From NCBI GenBank assembly GCA_002788395.1, contig PFRF01000002.1:1-46292 (forward strand): a DNA stretch of 46,292 bases, in the 5' to 3' direction. Every line of letters starts with the position of its first letter. The stretch's first letter is position 1. The notes below the pieces were generated by a model that saw only the letters and a list, made by a program, of their open reading frames with translations, searched no databases and had not been told where the DNA came from. This DNA comes from Candidatus Levybacteria bacterium CG_4_9_14_0_2_um_filter_35_21 (lineage in GTDB: Bacteria > Patescibacteriota > Microgenomatia > Levybacterales > UBA12049). Position numbers and translations under genes: made by a program. Shown piece by piece: positions 5,967-15,967 of this stretch.

Positions 5967-7451
5967 TTAGAATTTAGAATATGAATTTGTTGTAATCTCA
6001 AAAACTTGAAATTGTACAAACTCGTAAATTTTAGTTTGCTTTTGTATAAATCTTGAGAGATCAGTATCCAATATATAATTTCCTTGAGTAATTACATATT
6101 TAACTTTTTTTTGTTTTAATTCACCAATGATTATTTTATCGTCATAAAAATGCCAGTTAGGCAAGAAATACAGGGAATCTTTTGAAGGATTTGGTCTATT
6201 TAGAATAAAGTAAAGCAGAGGAGAATAAGGGTATGCAAAAATATAATCGCCTTTTTTCGTCTTATTTTCTATAAACTTAGAGACTTTGATAATATCATCA
6301 TTATCTTTTTTTGTAATCATTATTCCTTGTGTTCTTGGAAGATTTAAATAGGTGTCATATTTATAGTAATAATTTTCATAACGATAGCTCTTTGTAAAAA
6401 GAGTAAGATAAAAACCTATCAAAATCATTACCACTGCAATTATCCTTAAAAAAATTTGATTTTTTTTCTTAAAGGGAAGCAACAAGAAAGAAATTAATAC
6501 CATTCCTAAAAAAGGATAAACATGCAGGAGATCGCTTTGGGGGTAAATTGATACAAAAAAACCAACTACTGCTGTTGAAGAAAAGGCAATAATCTTAAAA
6601 TCTTTATTTTTCTTAAACCAAAGGGTCAAAACAAGAAAAAGTAACAAGACGGGTAAATAGTAGGGAAGAAGTTTAAAAATACCTGTCGGCTGGAACATAA
6701 AAGAAAGAGAAGGATAGCTAAACACTATCGTTTGTGCAAACCTTTTGCTGTAATTAATAAAATCTAAAAGCCCTTGAAAGTTATTTCTTATAAAGAAATA
6801 ATATACCCACAATAAGGTTAAAGTAATCCAAATTCCCTGCAAGATTAAAAAATTTTTTATCTTTTGTTGTAAATTTTCTTTTCTTCCAAAAAATAAAAGA
6901 AAATTAAACAAGATTGTGAAAGCAACACCGAAATTTTGTTTGAATGAAAGAGATAATGCTAAAAGGATACCTATCATAAGTAGGTATCGATAGCTTCCTT
7001 GCGATAGCCAGAAAAAATATATTAGTACTAATAGAAAAGCCAGTAGAACATTAGCCCACATAATGTTAGGAATGTTAATTAGTGGGTATCCAAAAGAAAC
7101 AAGGGATAGAAAAGAAATAATAATTACACCTAAACTTACTTTCAATTTGTTGAGAATCAAAAAAACTATTGCAATAATTAGAACACATATAAAAACAGCA
7201 AATAATCTCCCTATCAATATCGATGGACCAAAAATTTTAAATAGAAAGGCAAGTATATAAAAAAATGTTGGGCCATACTGAAGAGAAAAATCTTTGTAAG
7301 GAATTTGGCCGTTAAATATCCTTTCCGCCGAATGTAGAAAATATCCCTCATCAAGGAATACTAATCCTTTATTAACAAAAATAAGGTAATAAATTAAAGC
7401 TAAAATTATGAAAATAAATTCTAATTTAAATAAATTTTTTATTTTGTTCAT
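5967..7451 (-). CDS. Polytopic membrane protein, GT-C-fold glycosyltransferase candidate (PMT/ArnT-like)
   Basis: 494 aa with more than 10 hydrophobic segments. An Asp-Glu motif (VFLDEGYFLHSAERI) sits in the first loop after TM1, as in PMT-family enzymes. The soluble C-terminal part is about 120 aa. Confidence 0.65.
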   Translation of the reverse strand: MNKIKNLFKLEFIFIILALIYYLIFVNKGLVFLDEGYFLHSAERIFNGQIPYKDFSLQYGPTFFYILAFLFKIFGPSILIGRLFAVFICVLIIAIVFLILNKLKVSLGVIIISFLSLVSFGYPLINIPNIMWANVLLAFLLVLIYFFWLSQGSYRYLLMIGILLALSLSFKQNFGVAFTILFNFLLFFGRKENLQQKIKNFLILQGIWITLTLLWVYYFFIRNNFQGLLDFINYSKRFAQTIVFSYPSLSFMFQPTGIFKLLPYYLPVLLLFLVLTLWFKKNKDFKIIAFSSTAVVGFFVSIYPQSDLLHVYPFLGMVLISFLLLPFKKKNQIFLRIIAVVMILIGFYLTLFTKSYRYENYYYKYDTYLNLPRTQGIMITKKDNDDIIKVSKFIENKTKKGDYIFAYPYSPLLYFILNRPNPSKDSLYFLPNWHFYDDKIIIGELKQKKVKYVITQGNYILDTDLSRFIQKQTKIYEFVQFQVFEITTNSYSKF

Positions 7452-7459
7452 AGTATTAT

Positions 7460-7468
7460 ATTATAGCA
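7460..7468 (-). promoter_or_regulatory. Extended -10 box TGcTATAAT, 8 nt before the ATG of 5967..7451
   Basis: The plus strand reads attatagca, whose reverse complement is TGCTATAAT. There is no SD between the box and the ATG. Confidence 0.5.
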
Positions 7469-7495
7469 ACCCTTCTTGGTACATAAAGTAACAAG

Positions 7496-7504
7496 TGTTA
7501 TAAT
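7496..7504 (+). promoter_or_regulatory. Extended -10 box TGtTATAAT, 12 nt before the ATG at 7517
   Basis: Exact TGnTATAAT match in the 65-bp divergent intergenic region. No SD is present. Confidence 0.5.
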
Positions 7505-7516
7505 CTTACAGCTTAT

Positions 7517-8605
7517 ATGACTATTTTATTTTTCGCAAGGTTGTTTTATCCTCATATAGGTGGGGTGGAGAAGCATGTTTTGGAAATTAGTAAAAGGTTT
7601 GTTAAACAAAGTCATAAAGTTACTGTTATTACAGAACAGCTTTCAGAGTCCCATAGTGCGTATAAGCAGTCTAAGTCTTTAAGCGCTAGGCACATGGGAG
7701 AGATCGACGGGGTCAAAATAATTAGAATCAATGCAGGCAAAAACGATTGGTTTAAGAAATTTAGGATTTGGAAAAGGCTTTGGAAAAAAAGAGCCTATAT
7801 AAAAGACGCTGATATTGTTCATTGCCACGATGTTTTTTTCTGGTATCTTCCATTTAGATTTTTATATCCTACAAAAAAAATCTTTACAACTTTTCATGGA
7901 TATGAGGGAAATAAAATTCCCGGGAAAAAAGCAATAGCCATGCATAAGATTTCGGAAGTTTTATCCAACGGAAATATCTGTGTCGGAAATTTTTATAAAA
8001 AGTGGTACGGAACAAAACCGACTTTCGTAACATACGGGGCAGTGGATTTTAAAAATATTGAAAAGTATAAAACAGAAAAAAAAAATAACAGGAATTTAAA
8101 CAATAAAATTATTTTTTTTGGAAGATTGGAAAATGAAACAGGAATTATGAAATATCTGGAAGCCTTAAAAATCTTAAAGAAGAAAGGAATAGACCTCGGA
8201 CTTGATATTTATGGAGAGGGGAGCCTAGCGGAAGCTGTTAATAAGTACAAGAAAGAGAATAATTTAAGAATAAGGACAAATGAATTCATTCTGAACATAG
8301 AAAGTGTTCTAAATAATTATGAGTATGTTTTTTGTTCAAGATACTTAAGTATGCTTGAATCTATGGCTTTTAGTAAGCCTGTTTTTGCAGAATACGAAAA
8401 TCCAATTAAAAAGGACTACTTGCAAATGACGCCATTTTCGAAATACATTTCTATATCAAAGGATGCAGCTCAAATTGTTGAAAACCTTGAAAATTATTTA
8501 TCCGGTAAGAAAATAGCGGATACTCAAAAGGCTTACGAATGGGTAAAAGCTTATACTTGGGAAAATATGGTAAATATGTATCTAAGACTTTGGCAATCTT
8601 CTTAA
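7517..8605 (+). CDS. GT4-family (GT-B fold) glycosyltransferase
   Basis: N-terminal ILFFARLFYPHIGGVEKHV is the typical GT4 start. The length of 362 aa fits. Confidence 0.75.
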   Translation: MTILFFARLFYPHIGGVEKHVLEISKRFVKQSHKVTVITEQLSESHSAYKQSKSLSARHMGEIDGVKIIRINAGKNDWFKKFRIWKRLWKKRAYIKDADIVHCHDVFFWYLPFRFLYPTKKIFTTFHGYEGNKIPGKKAIAMHKISEVLSNGNICVGNFYKKWYGTKPTFVTYGAVDFKNIEKYKTEKKNNRNLNNKIIFFGRLENETGIMKYLEALKILKKKGIDLGLDIYGEGSLAEAVNKYKKENNLRIRTNEFILNIESVLNNYEYVFCSRYLSMLESMAFSKPVFAEYENPIKKDYLQMTPFSKYISISKDAAQIVENLENYLSGKKIADTQKAYEWVKAYTWENMVNMYLRLWQSS

Positions 8606-8654
8606 GCTATTGAATACTTTAATCCTTTGAGCTAAAATCATATGTTATTGCCTT

Positions 8655-9536
8655 ATGAAATTTGATATTTGCCCAATTTGCAAATCTAATGATACTATTG
8701 AGCTTTATTCTTCAACGGTTGACGTTAAAAAATTATCTTTTACTTACGTAAAAACTTCTGATTCAGGTAAAACCTTCCGTTCCGTAAAATGTTTAAATTG
8801 TTCTCACGTTTTTTGTTCCCCCCTTCCAAAAAATCTTTATAAAAATTATGAAGACGTAGTTGATAAAAAATATCTTCATTATGTAGAGTCAATTAGTGAA
8901 TCTGCAAGAATAATATTACCAATGATAAAAAGATATATTCCTAAGGGTAAGATTCTTGATGTTGGTTGTGCAACGGGAGAGTTTCTAAGTGTTGCTAGAG
9001 ACTTTGGCTATACCGTAGAGGGATTAGAGCTTTCAAAATGGTCATCGGATATTACAAAATCAAAAAAAATAAAAGTTCATAGATGTCTTTTAAGATCAAT
9101 GGTATATAAAAATGAAGAAAAATATGATGTAATTACATTATTTGGTGTAATTGAGCATTTTGAAAAACCAAGAGAAGAAATGGAGTGTATATCTAAATTA
9201 TTAAGACCGGGTGGACTTGTTGTTGTTTGGACAGGTGATGTTAGTTCTATTAGCAGTAAAATATTAAAACATAATTGGTGGTATTGGCAAGGACAACATA
9301 TACAATATTTTAGTAGTCGGAGTTTAAATCTGTTAGGTAAAAATTATGGCTTAAAGCATGTGACTACAAAAATTTTCCCTTTTGCAGGAACGTATGGGTT
9401 AGTAGAAAACTCTTTAAGTAGATATAGAATAAAATCATTCTTAGTGATGTTTCTTAAGCCCTTATTTTTATTAAAAGCTAAGTGGATTATATATTTACCG
9501 GGCGAAATGCTTTGGTTTGCTACTAAATCTACTTAG
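8655..9536 (+). CDS. Class I SAM-dependent methyltransferase with an N-terminal Cys4 zinc ribbon
   Basis: CPICKS...CLNCSH, motif I ILDVGCATGEFL, and LRPGGLVVV. Confidence 0.7.
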   Translation: MKFDICPICKSNDTIELYSSTVDVKKLSFTYVKTSDSGKTFRSVKCLNCSHVFCSPLPKNLYKNYEDVVDKKYLHYVESISESARIILPMIKRYIPKGKILDVGCATGEFLSVARDFGYTVEGLELSKWSSDITKSKKIKVHRCLLRSMVYKNEEKYDVITLFGVIEHFEKPREEMECISKLLRPGGLVVVWTGDVSSISSKILKHNWWYWQGQHIQYFSSRSLNLLGKNYGLKHVTTKIFPFAGTYGLVENSLSRYRIKSFLVMFLKPLFLLKAKWIIYLPGEMLWFATKST

Positions 9537-11303
9537 GTTGATTTTTATTACTTTTCTATCTATAAAAAAACTAATAGAAGTTAAGACAATAAGTGTTAAG
9601 AAAAGAGTAATTCCTAAAACCTTAGAGAGCATATAGATAGGTATATCTTTGTATGTTAGCTTTACATGAAGTAAACCTTTAGGAAGATTTGCATATATTA
9701 TGCCTCTGTATCCGGGATAAATAGATATATTTTTCCCGTTTGCTTCAAGACTCCAGCCTGGATAATACAAAGTATTTTCTCTAATTGTTACTGGAGTCTG
9801 TGCGTTAATAACGTATTCGTGTTTTACAGATGTTCTTCCTACCTCTTTTATTGATCCTTTGCCAGTAGTTACATCCAAGTGATTCTTAGGGGGGGTTGAA
9901 AACCAAAAATTATTAGGATCCGCCCATTTATTGTTTAAAAATCCTACCAATATTCCTTCATATATAGTGCTTTTGCCAACGTTTCTTGCTAAAGCTTCTT
10001 CAGATGCTTGAGGAAGCATTCTTCTGTGTCCCCAATTAAGAATAGTATAGCCAATAGCTAGAAAAATTATAAAGAAAACAATATATTTTTTTGAATTTGT
10101 ATTCGGATATATAATCGCAAAATAACCGGCAAGTATAGACGTGCAAAAAGTTAGTACGAGAGAAAGCCTGCCGTAGGGAAGTAGCATCCAGAACAACTCA
10201 AATGGTTTCCAGAAAAAAATAGAGAGGGGATGCATCAAAAATATCGTAAAGAAAAAAATTATGATCCAAAATAAAACAAAAAATTTTAAAGAAGATTTTA
10301 TCTTATTTGTTAAAAACAATATTATTAATATTGCCACAACTAGTAGCTGAGTATATCCAATAATTTGAGCAAGTTCTCCCTTAGGTCCTTGAAAAAGTAA
10401 GCCATATCTCCAAGGGGAGAAAAAAAGATATTCAAAGTGGTAAAACATTTTTTCGGAAAGATTAGCAAAAGATTGGTACTCATACATATAGGGAGCAAAT
10501 ATAATAAAAGAGATCCACACATAACTGGATATTATTCCTCCCAAGATTAATGAAGAAATACTTAAAAGAACATATTTTATTTTTCTATAAATTATTCCGG
10601 TAAATAAAATATATAAAGATGCAACTACACAAAAACAAATGGCAAGTAAAGGATGAGCCATAACTAACATTGCAGTTATAAGACTATTAAGAATTATCCA
10701 GTAATATTTTCCACTTTTCAGGTATTTAGTTATAAGCAAAAATATTAGTGGCGATACAAGAAAAATTGTTGATTCCCCTAGGGTAGCCCTAAAATGAACG
10801 TCAATTAAGTGATACGGACTAAATAAATAGAATATGGCAGAAACAAAAGCTGCGAATTTGTTATTAGTAATTTCTTTAACAGCTAAAAACATTGTTATTG
10901 AAGAAAAATACATTATTAATCCTAAGTAGAGTTTAGTTGCATTAATAAAATCAATCCCTACAAAATGAAAAAAAGAAATAAAATAATAGGGTAAAGAATA
11001 GTTAAAAATGAATAAAGGATTTCCATAGGAAGAATTAAGATCAGCTGCCCAAGAAGGCATTATTATTCCTTCTTTTAATACGTTAGAAAAGGATATTATC
11101 CTATAGATATGTATATTAAAATCACCGCTTTCATAACTTCCCGAGCGCAGAATGCTTATTACCGGTAATAAAGAAATTACAAGAAGTAGGGTAAATAAAT
11201 TTATTTTCTTTTTTGGATAAATAAATTTATAAATAAATGTTCCCAGTAAAACAATTAACGAGGCAATTATATTTACAACGACCATTCTATATGGATCAAT
11301 CAT
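9495..11303 (-). CDS. Polytopic membrane protein, GT-C/YfhO-like glycosyltransferase candidate with a C-terminal extracytoplasmic domain
   Basis: 602 aa. SGSYESGDFNIHIYRI...PSW follows TM2, resembling the D-x-x-x-H-x-x-R loop of YfhO-type proteins. There are many TM segments. Its 3' end overlaps the convergent 8655..9536 by 42 nt. Confidence 0.55.
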   Translation of the reverse strand: MIDPYRMVVVNIIASLIVLLGTFIYKFIYPKKKINLFTLLLVISLLPVISILRSGSYESGDFNIHIYRIISFSNVLKEGIIMPSWAADLNSSYGNPLFIFNYSLPYYFISFFHFVGIDFINATKLYLGLIMYFSSITMFLAVKEITNNKFAAFVSAIFYLFSPYHLIDVHFRATLGESTIFLVSPLIFLLITKYLKSGKYYWIILNSLITAMLVMAHPLLAICFCVVASLYILFTGIIYRKIKYVLLSISSLILGGIISSYVWISFIIFAPYMYEYQSFANLSEKMFYHFEYLFFSPWRYGLLFQGPKGELAQIIGYTQLLVVAILIILFLTNKIKSSLKFFVLFWIIIFFFTIFLMHPLSIFFWKPFELFWMLLPYGRLSLVLTFCTSILAGYFAIIYPNTNSKKYIVFFIIFLAIGYTILNWGHRRMLPQASEEALARNVGKSTIYEGILVGFLNNKWADPNNFWFSTPPKNHLDVTTGKGSIKEVGRTSVKHEYVINAQTPVTIRENTLYYPGWSLEANGKNISIYPGYRGIIYANLPKGLLHVKLTYKDIPIYMLSKVLGITLFLTLIVLTSISFFIDRKVIKINLSRFSSKPKHFAR

Positions 11304-11395
11304 ATTTTTTTATTGAATATAAACGATATCTTGGAGTTATTATGGTTTTTTTAAAAAAGAACATTCACTAATTATATATCAAACAGAGTAAAAGG

Positions 11396-11404
11396 TGCTA
11401 TAAT
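11396..11404 (+). promoter_or_regulatory. Extended -10 box TGcTATAAT, 11 nt before the ATG at 11416
   Basis: Exact match, with no SD. Confidence 0.5.
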
Positions 11405-11415
11405 TTCAAACAAAT

Positions 11416-13986
11416 ATGAGAGCAGATAAAACTAGCTTAATAGTTACTACTTACAACGAACAAAATTCAATTGGAAAATTAATTGATTCAATTTTAAAAC
11501 AATCTAAACTTCCAGATGAAGTCATTGTTGTCGACGGTGGAAGTAGGGATAAAACAATAAAAGAGATCGAGAGAAAACGATTACAGAATAAAGGAAAACT
11601 TCAAATAAGGGTTATTAAAAAAATAGGTAATAGGTCAATTGGCAGAAACGAAGCAACTAAGGTCGCAACGGGAAACATTATTCTATGTACGGATGCGGGT
11701 TGTATCTTAGATAAAAATTGGGTTAAAAATATCATTAAACCATTCGAAAATAAAAAGTTTGATGTGGTTGCCGGGTATTATAAAGGGTTATCCGGCAATA
11801 TCTTTCAAAAAAGTTTGGTTCCATACGTACTTGTAATGGAAGATAAAATAAAAGATAAGTTTCTTCCCTCAACAAGATCAATGGGGTTTAGGAAATCGGT
11901 ATGGGAGAAGGTAGGCGGTTTTAACGAAAAGCTTTCTCACAACGAAGATTATGATTTTGCAAAAAAACTTGAAAAAAATAAATCAAAAATTTTATTTGCA
12001 AAAGACGCGGTAGTTTATTGGATTCCTAGAAAAAACTTAAAAGAAGTTTTTATTATGTTTTTTAGATTTTCTTTGGGCGATATTCAAGCAAATATACTTC
12101 GGGAAAAAGTTCTTCTTATCTTTCTTAGATATTTCCTGATGGTTTACTTTTTATTGGTTGCTTTGGTTTTAAAATCGTTTGCCTTATATATTATATTTGT
12201 TTTTTTAATCCTACTTTATTTTAGTTGGACGATTTACAAAAATTATAAATACGTAAAGGACTGCAGAGCCTTTTTCTACTTACCTCTTTTCCAGCTAACA
12301 TCGGATATGGCAGTAATGCTTGGGTCGTTCCTAGGATTGGTTCAAAAAATATATCTTAAAAATATTTGGAAATTACTCTTAGCAAATAAATGGTTTTTTC
12401 TTATAGTTTTAATTTATATTGCAGAAATTATTTTAGTTATCGATTGGGGAATTCCAAATAATGCTCATCCGTTTAATTACCACATGGATGAATGGCATTT
12501 CTCCCAAGCAATTAGAACCTTTTTGAAATATGGAACTGGTTCAATTAGCGGAGCGGCAAGTATTCCCTTATTTCATATTGTTTCTACGATATTTTTTTTG
12601 GCACCATTTTATCTAGCTAAAATTATTAACCCGGCTGTTATAAAAAATTCTTTAGACAATATTCCGGTTCAACATAATTTGTTTGAAATTTTACGGCTTC
12701 ATACGCTTTTTTACGGAGTACTTTCGGTGTCTACAATTTTTATATTTTTAAAAAAAAGCGCTGTCCGTTTTTCTTTAATCTTTACAGGAATATTTGCTTT
12801 TACGCCCCTTTGGATTTTCTTAAGTAATTTTTATAAATATGATATTGCTTTAACTTTTTGGATTATTTTAACTATTTATTTTATTTTCAAGTTTTATAAA
12901 ACCCAAAAAATTGAGAATTACTTATTAGCAGGCGCTGCTTGTGGTTTGGCTCTATCTACTAAATTTACTGCGGCACCTCTCTTTGCTGGATTTCTATTTT
13001 CTTATTTTATCTTTTGTAAACGCATAAAAATTAAACAATTAACCTTTTGTATTTTTTCCACGGTGCTTATTTTTGCGTTCTTAGGAATTCCTGATTTTTT
13101 ATTCAATAAGGGAAGTTATTGGCAATTAATTAATTCGACTTTAGTGCAGCCTTTAAGAGAAGGGACAATCCTTAACTTAAGACAGCCGGTTGAGACTTTC
13201 CTATTTTTTAACGAATATTTCTCAATTTTTGGTTATATTTTAATTTTGTTATCTTACATTAGCTTTTTATATTGGACGGTACTACTAATTAAAAAAATCA
13301 TACATAGAAATTTAGATAAATATAAATTCCACTTATTTTTCTATGTAACAAATATATTTTTCCTTATAAGCTTATTTATTTTTGGTTTAGACGGAGGAGG
13401 AAACAGGGCTTTAGTGTTATTGCCTTTTATGGTAATTTTTTCTGCCTTTTTTATAGAAGAATTAATAACAAAGCTCAATCTAAATGTAAAACAAATAAAA
13501 TTATTAACTGCATTTCTAATATTTGGATTAATTTTTCAATTCGCGCAGTCTTTCTCTTGGACTACAGTAAAATTTTTTCAGGATCCAAGGGTAAGTTCCT
13601 CTAATTGGATTATTGATAATATTCCCGTGGGAAGTACGATTGGAATAGAAAATATACCAATCTATCAGAGCTTACCCGATCTAGTTTTAAAAGAATATTC
13701 CCTTAAGGAATATGCTAAAAAAATAATCAATAGATACAAATATGAGATTGTTTCACCGGAGAGTAAACTGCTTCCAAAATATGTCGTTTTTACTCAAGAT
13801 TATAAAAATATGGATTATATAAAAAAATCACCAAAAAAAGATCTTTTTAACAAATTAAAAAAAGAAAAATATAAAAGAGTCGCAGTATTTTCTCCTGACT
13901 TAAGATTTTTCGACCTATTCTCAGACAGATTAAATTTTATTATAATTTTTCCAAGCCCGATAACGATAGCCATTTATGAAAAATAA
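11416..13986 (+). CDS. Fusion protein: N-terminal GT2 glycosyltransferase plus C-terminal GT-C-like polytopic domain
   Basis: The GT2 part has SLIVTTYNEQNSI, VIVVDGGSRDKT and CTDAGC. After about residue 215 there are more than 12 TM segments with HMDEWHF (Asp-Glu) in an early loop. Confidence 0.7.
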   Translation: MRADKTSLIVTTYNEQNSIGKLIDSILKQSKLPDEVIVVDGGSRDKTIKEIERKRLQNKGKLQIRVIKKIGNRSIGRNEATKVATGNIILCTDAGCILDKNWVKNIIKPFENKKFDVVAGYYKGLSGNIFQKSLVPYVLVMEDKIKDKFLPSTRSMGFRKSVWEKVGGFNEKLSHNEDYDFAKKLEKNKSKILFAKDAVVYWIPRKNLKEVFIMFFRFSLGDIQANILREKVLLIFLRYFLMVYFLLVALVLKSFALYIIFVFLILLYFSWTIYKNYKYVKDCRAFFYLPLFQLTSDMAVMLGSFLGLVQKIYLKNIWKLLLANKWFFLIVLIYIAEIILVIDWGIPNNAHPFNYHMDEWHFSQAIRTFLKYGTGSISGAASIPLFHIVSTIFFLAPFYLAKIINPAVIKNSLDNIPVQHNLFEILRLHTLFYGVLSVSTIFIFLKKSAVRFSLIFTGIFAFTPLWIFLSNFYKYDIALTFWIILTIYFIFKFYKTQKIENYLLAGAACGLALSTKFTAAPLFAGFLFSYFIFCKRIKIKQLTFCIFSTVLIFAFLGIPDFLFNKGSYWQLINSTLVQPLREGTILNLRQPVETFLFFNEYFSIFGYILILLSYISFLYWTVLLIKKIIHRNLDKYKFHLFFYVTNIFFLISLFIFGLDGGGNRALVLLPFMVIFSAFFIEELITKLNLNVKQIKLLTAFLIFGLIFQFAQSFSWTTVKFFQDPRVSSSNWIIDNIPVGSTIGIENIPIYQSLPDLVLKEYSLKEYAKKIINRYKYEIVSPESKLLPKYVVFTQDYKNMDYIKKSPKKDLFNKLKKEKYKRVAVFSPDLRFFDLFSDRLNFIIIFPSPITIAIYEK

Positions 13987-14701
13987 CGACATTGCAATTG
14001 TTATTCCGTCTTATAACGAAGTAAAAAATATAGGAATACTTATTAAAAGTATTTCTAGGGAATTAGGAGAAACAAAGATTATCATCGTTGATGATTCCTC
14101 TGTAAGCGAAAACAAAAAATTAAAAGACATAATTAAAGGAAAAAGGAATATAAAGTTAATTTCCAGATTAAAAAAAGAAGGAAGGGGAAGTGCTGTTTTG
14201 GATGGTTTCAGGGAAGTTTTAAAGGATAAAAATAAGAAGTATATTTTCGAAATGGATTCCGACCTTGCTCATGATCCTAAAGAAATGAAAAGATTTATAA
14301 AGCAAGATAACGGTGGGGAATATGATTTAATAATAGGTTCACGATATCTTTCAGGAAGTAAAATAATAAACATTGCCCCAAGTAGAACAATTATGAGTAG
14401 AATCATAAATAAGGTTTTATATTATTGGCTTGGAATACACATAAGTGACCATACGAGCGGTTTTAGATTGTATAGCAGAAACGCAGTTAAGTTTTTAGTT
14501 AAAACAAAAATAAACTCAAAAGGATTTATAACACTTTCTGAAACCGCATATAAGTTGTTTCTATCGGGATTTAGAATATCGGAAGTTCCGATTACTTGGA
14601 ATTATAGAAGATATGGAAAATCAAACGTAGATAATAAAGAACTTATAAATTCGTTATTTTTTGTAATTAGAATGCGATTTGAAAAAGTTTCTAATAGTTA
14701 A
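13976..14701 (+). CDS. Dpm1/GtrB/ArnC-like GT2: polyprenyl-phosphate sugar synthase candidate
   Basis: IAIVIPSYNEVKNI, IIVDDSS, EMDSDLAHDP, IGSRY and SGFRLY. The 241-aa size fits the soluble Dpm1-like class. Confidence 0.7.
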   Translation: MKNNDIAIVIPSYNEVKNIGILIKSISRELGETKIIIVDDSSVSENKKLKDIIKGKRNIKLISRLKKEGRGSAVLDGFREVLKDKNKKYIFEMDSDLAHDPKEMKRFIKQDNGGEYDLIIGSRYLSGSKIINIAPSRTIMSRIINKVLYYWLGIHISDHTSGFRLYSRNAVKFLVKTKINSKGFITLSETAYKLFLSGFRISEVPITWNYRRYGKSNVDNKELINSLFFVIRMRFEKVSNS

Positions 14702-15909
14702 ATTATTTCGAGTTTTGGTAATGGAAAGATAAAATGTCCACCGTTTTTAAGATATTTTTGTTCTCTATCTAGAAACTCTTCTTTAAAGAACCATGGTAAT
14801 ACCAACATATAGTCCGGTTTATCTTTTCTGGCCTCTCTTTCGGAGATAATTGGAATTCCAACCGATGCAATTATTTTTCCCCATTTTTCCGGATTTCTTT
14901 CTACAGCCTTTTTTATTAAATCCTTGTCCAGTCCAAAATATTGGAGTAAAGTATTGCCCCTCGTAGATGCTCCATAAAGATAAATTGTTTTCCCTCCTTT
15001 ATTTTCTTGTTTTATGAATTGAAATAACTTTTTTTTATTGCTCTCAATTCTTTTGGCAAAATCGCGATATTCTTTTAATTTATGCAATCCCAATTTTTTT
15101 TCGCTTATTACCATTTTCTTAACTGCGTTAGAAATTTTCTTATTTCCAGCAAGAGATACGTAAGTTCTAAAACTTCCGCCATTTAAATCTCTCAGTTTTA
15201 CATCGAACACCTCTAACCCATGTTTTTTAAGAAGATTATTTAAGGACAATAACGAATAGTATTCCAAATGTTCATGTACAATGTTATCGAAAGCATTTTG
15301 TTTTAACATTCCTACTAAATAATTTTGTTGAATAACAAGAATACCGTCTTCTTTTAAAATCTTTTTTACATCGGAAATAAAATTGTTAGGTTGTTCCATG
15401 TCATAAAAGCAGGATATTACGGTAACGATATCTGCTCTTATATTTCCGGCGACTTTTTTAAATGATTTATAGCTAAAGAAGTCATTAACTACTTTGTTTG
15501 CGTTCTTTTTGCATTCCTTAGCAAGTTTGGTAATAGGCTCTACGCCAATTCTCACAACACTCTTGGAATACTGTTTTAATAATGTTCCGTCGTTTGCCCC
15601 TATATCTACTGCAGTAATCTTTTTTGTTGAGCTAATCATCTCTAGGCATTTATCTACGATCTCTTTTAGTTCCTCTTGCATAGTTAAATTAATTCCGGAT
15701 CTATAACCATAACGCTCTGTATAGAGATATTTTGCCGGAACAGTATAGTCGAGTTGTACCAGGTGGCACTTTTTGCATATGACAATGTTAAGAGGAAAGC
15801 TTTTTGGTCTTTTGTTTGTTTTAACAAAATCCGAAAGATACTGATCTCCAAGAGAAAGTATTTTTGTTAGATTTTTAGAACCACAGCTCCTGCAAATTTT
15901 TATTTTCAT
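14698..15909 (-). CDS. NDP-hexose C-methyltransferase-like SAM enzyme (Zn-binding N-domain, methyltransferase, C-methyltransferase C-domain)
   Basis: CRSCGSKNL...LSLGDQYLSDF...CKKCHLVQL, then VDIGANDGTLL. The length of 403 aa is typical of the TylC3-like family. Confidence 0.65.
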   Translation of the reverse strand: MKIKICRSCGSKNLTKILSLGDQYLSDFVKTNKRPKSFPLNIVICKKCHLVQLDYTVPAKYLYTERYGYRSGINLTMQEELKEIVDKCLEMISSTKKITAVDIGANDGTLLKQYSKSVVRIGVEPITKLAKECKKNANKVVNDFFSYKSFKKVAGNIRADIVTVISCFYDMEQPNNFISDVKKILKEDGILVIQQNYLVGMLKQNAFDNIVHEHLEYYSLLSLNNLLKKHGLEVFDVKLRDLNGGSFRTYVSLAGNKKISNAVKKMVISEKKLGLHKLKEYRDFAKRIESNKKKLFQFIKQENKGGKTIYLYGASTRGNTLLQYFGLDKDLIKKAVERNPEKWGKIIASVGIPIISEREARKDKPDYMLVLPWFFKEEFLDREQKYLKNGGHFIFPLPKLEII

Positions 15910-15945
15910 TTATCGCAATAAGTTAATGTATTATAAAGCTAAAAC

Positions 15946-15954
15946 TGATATAAT
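15946..15954 (+). promoter_or_regulatory. Extended -10 box TGaTATAAT, 13 nt before the ATG at 15968
   Basis: Exact match. It lies inside the longer 15926 ORF extension, which argues for the 15968 start. Confidence 0.5.
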
Positions 15955-15967
15955 TTCAATACTAAAT

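Noticed and set aside
8076-8085. An A10 run in the GT4 gene, and A9/T9 runs in other glycan genes (22021..22029, 22354..22362, 26424..26432), could be phase-variation switches.
   Set aside because: Equally long runs occur in core genes, for example A9 at 41191..41199 inside murT, and several A8 runs occur in the LysM gene. They look like a by-product of the AT-rich, Lys/Phe-rich coding style rather than a locus-specific switch.
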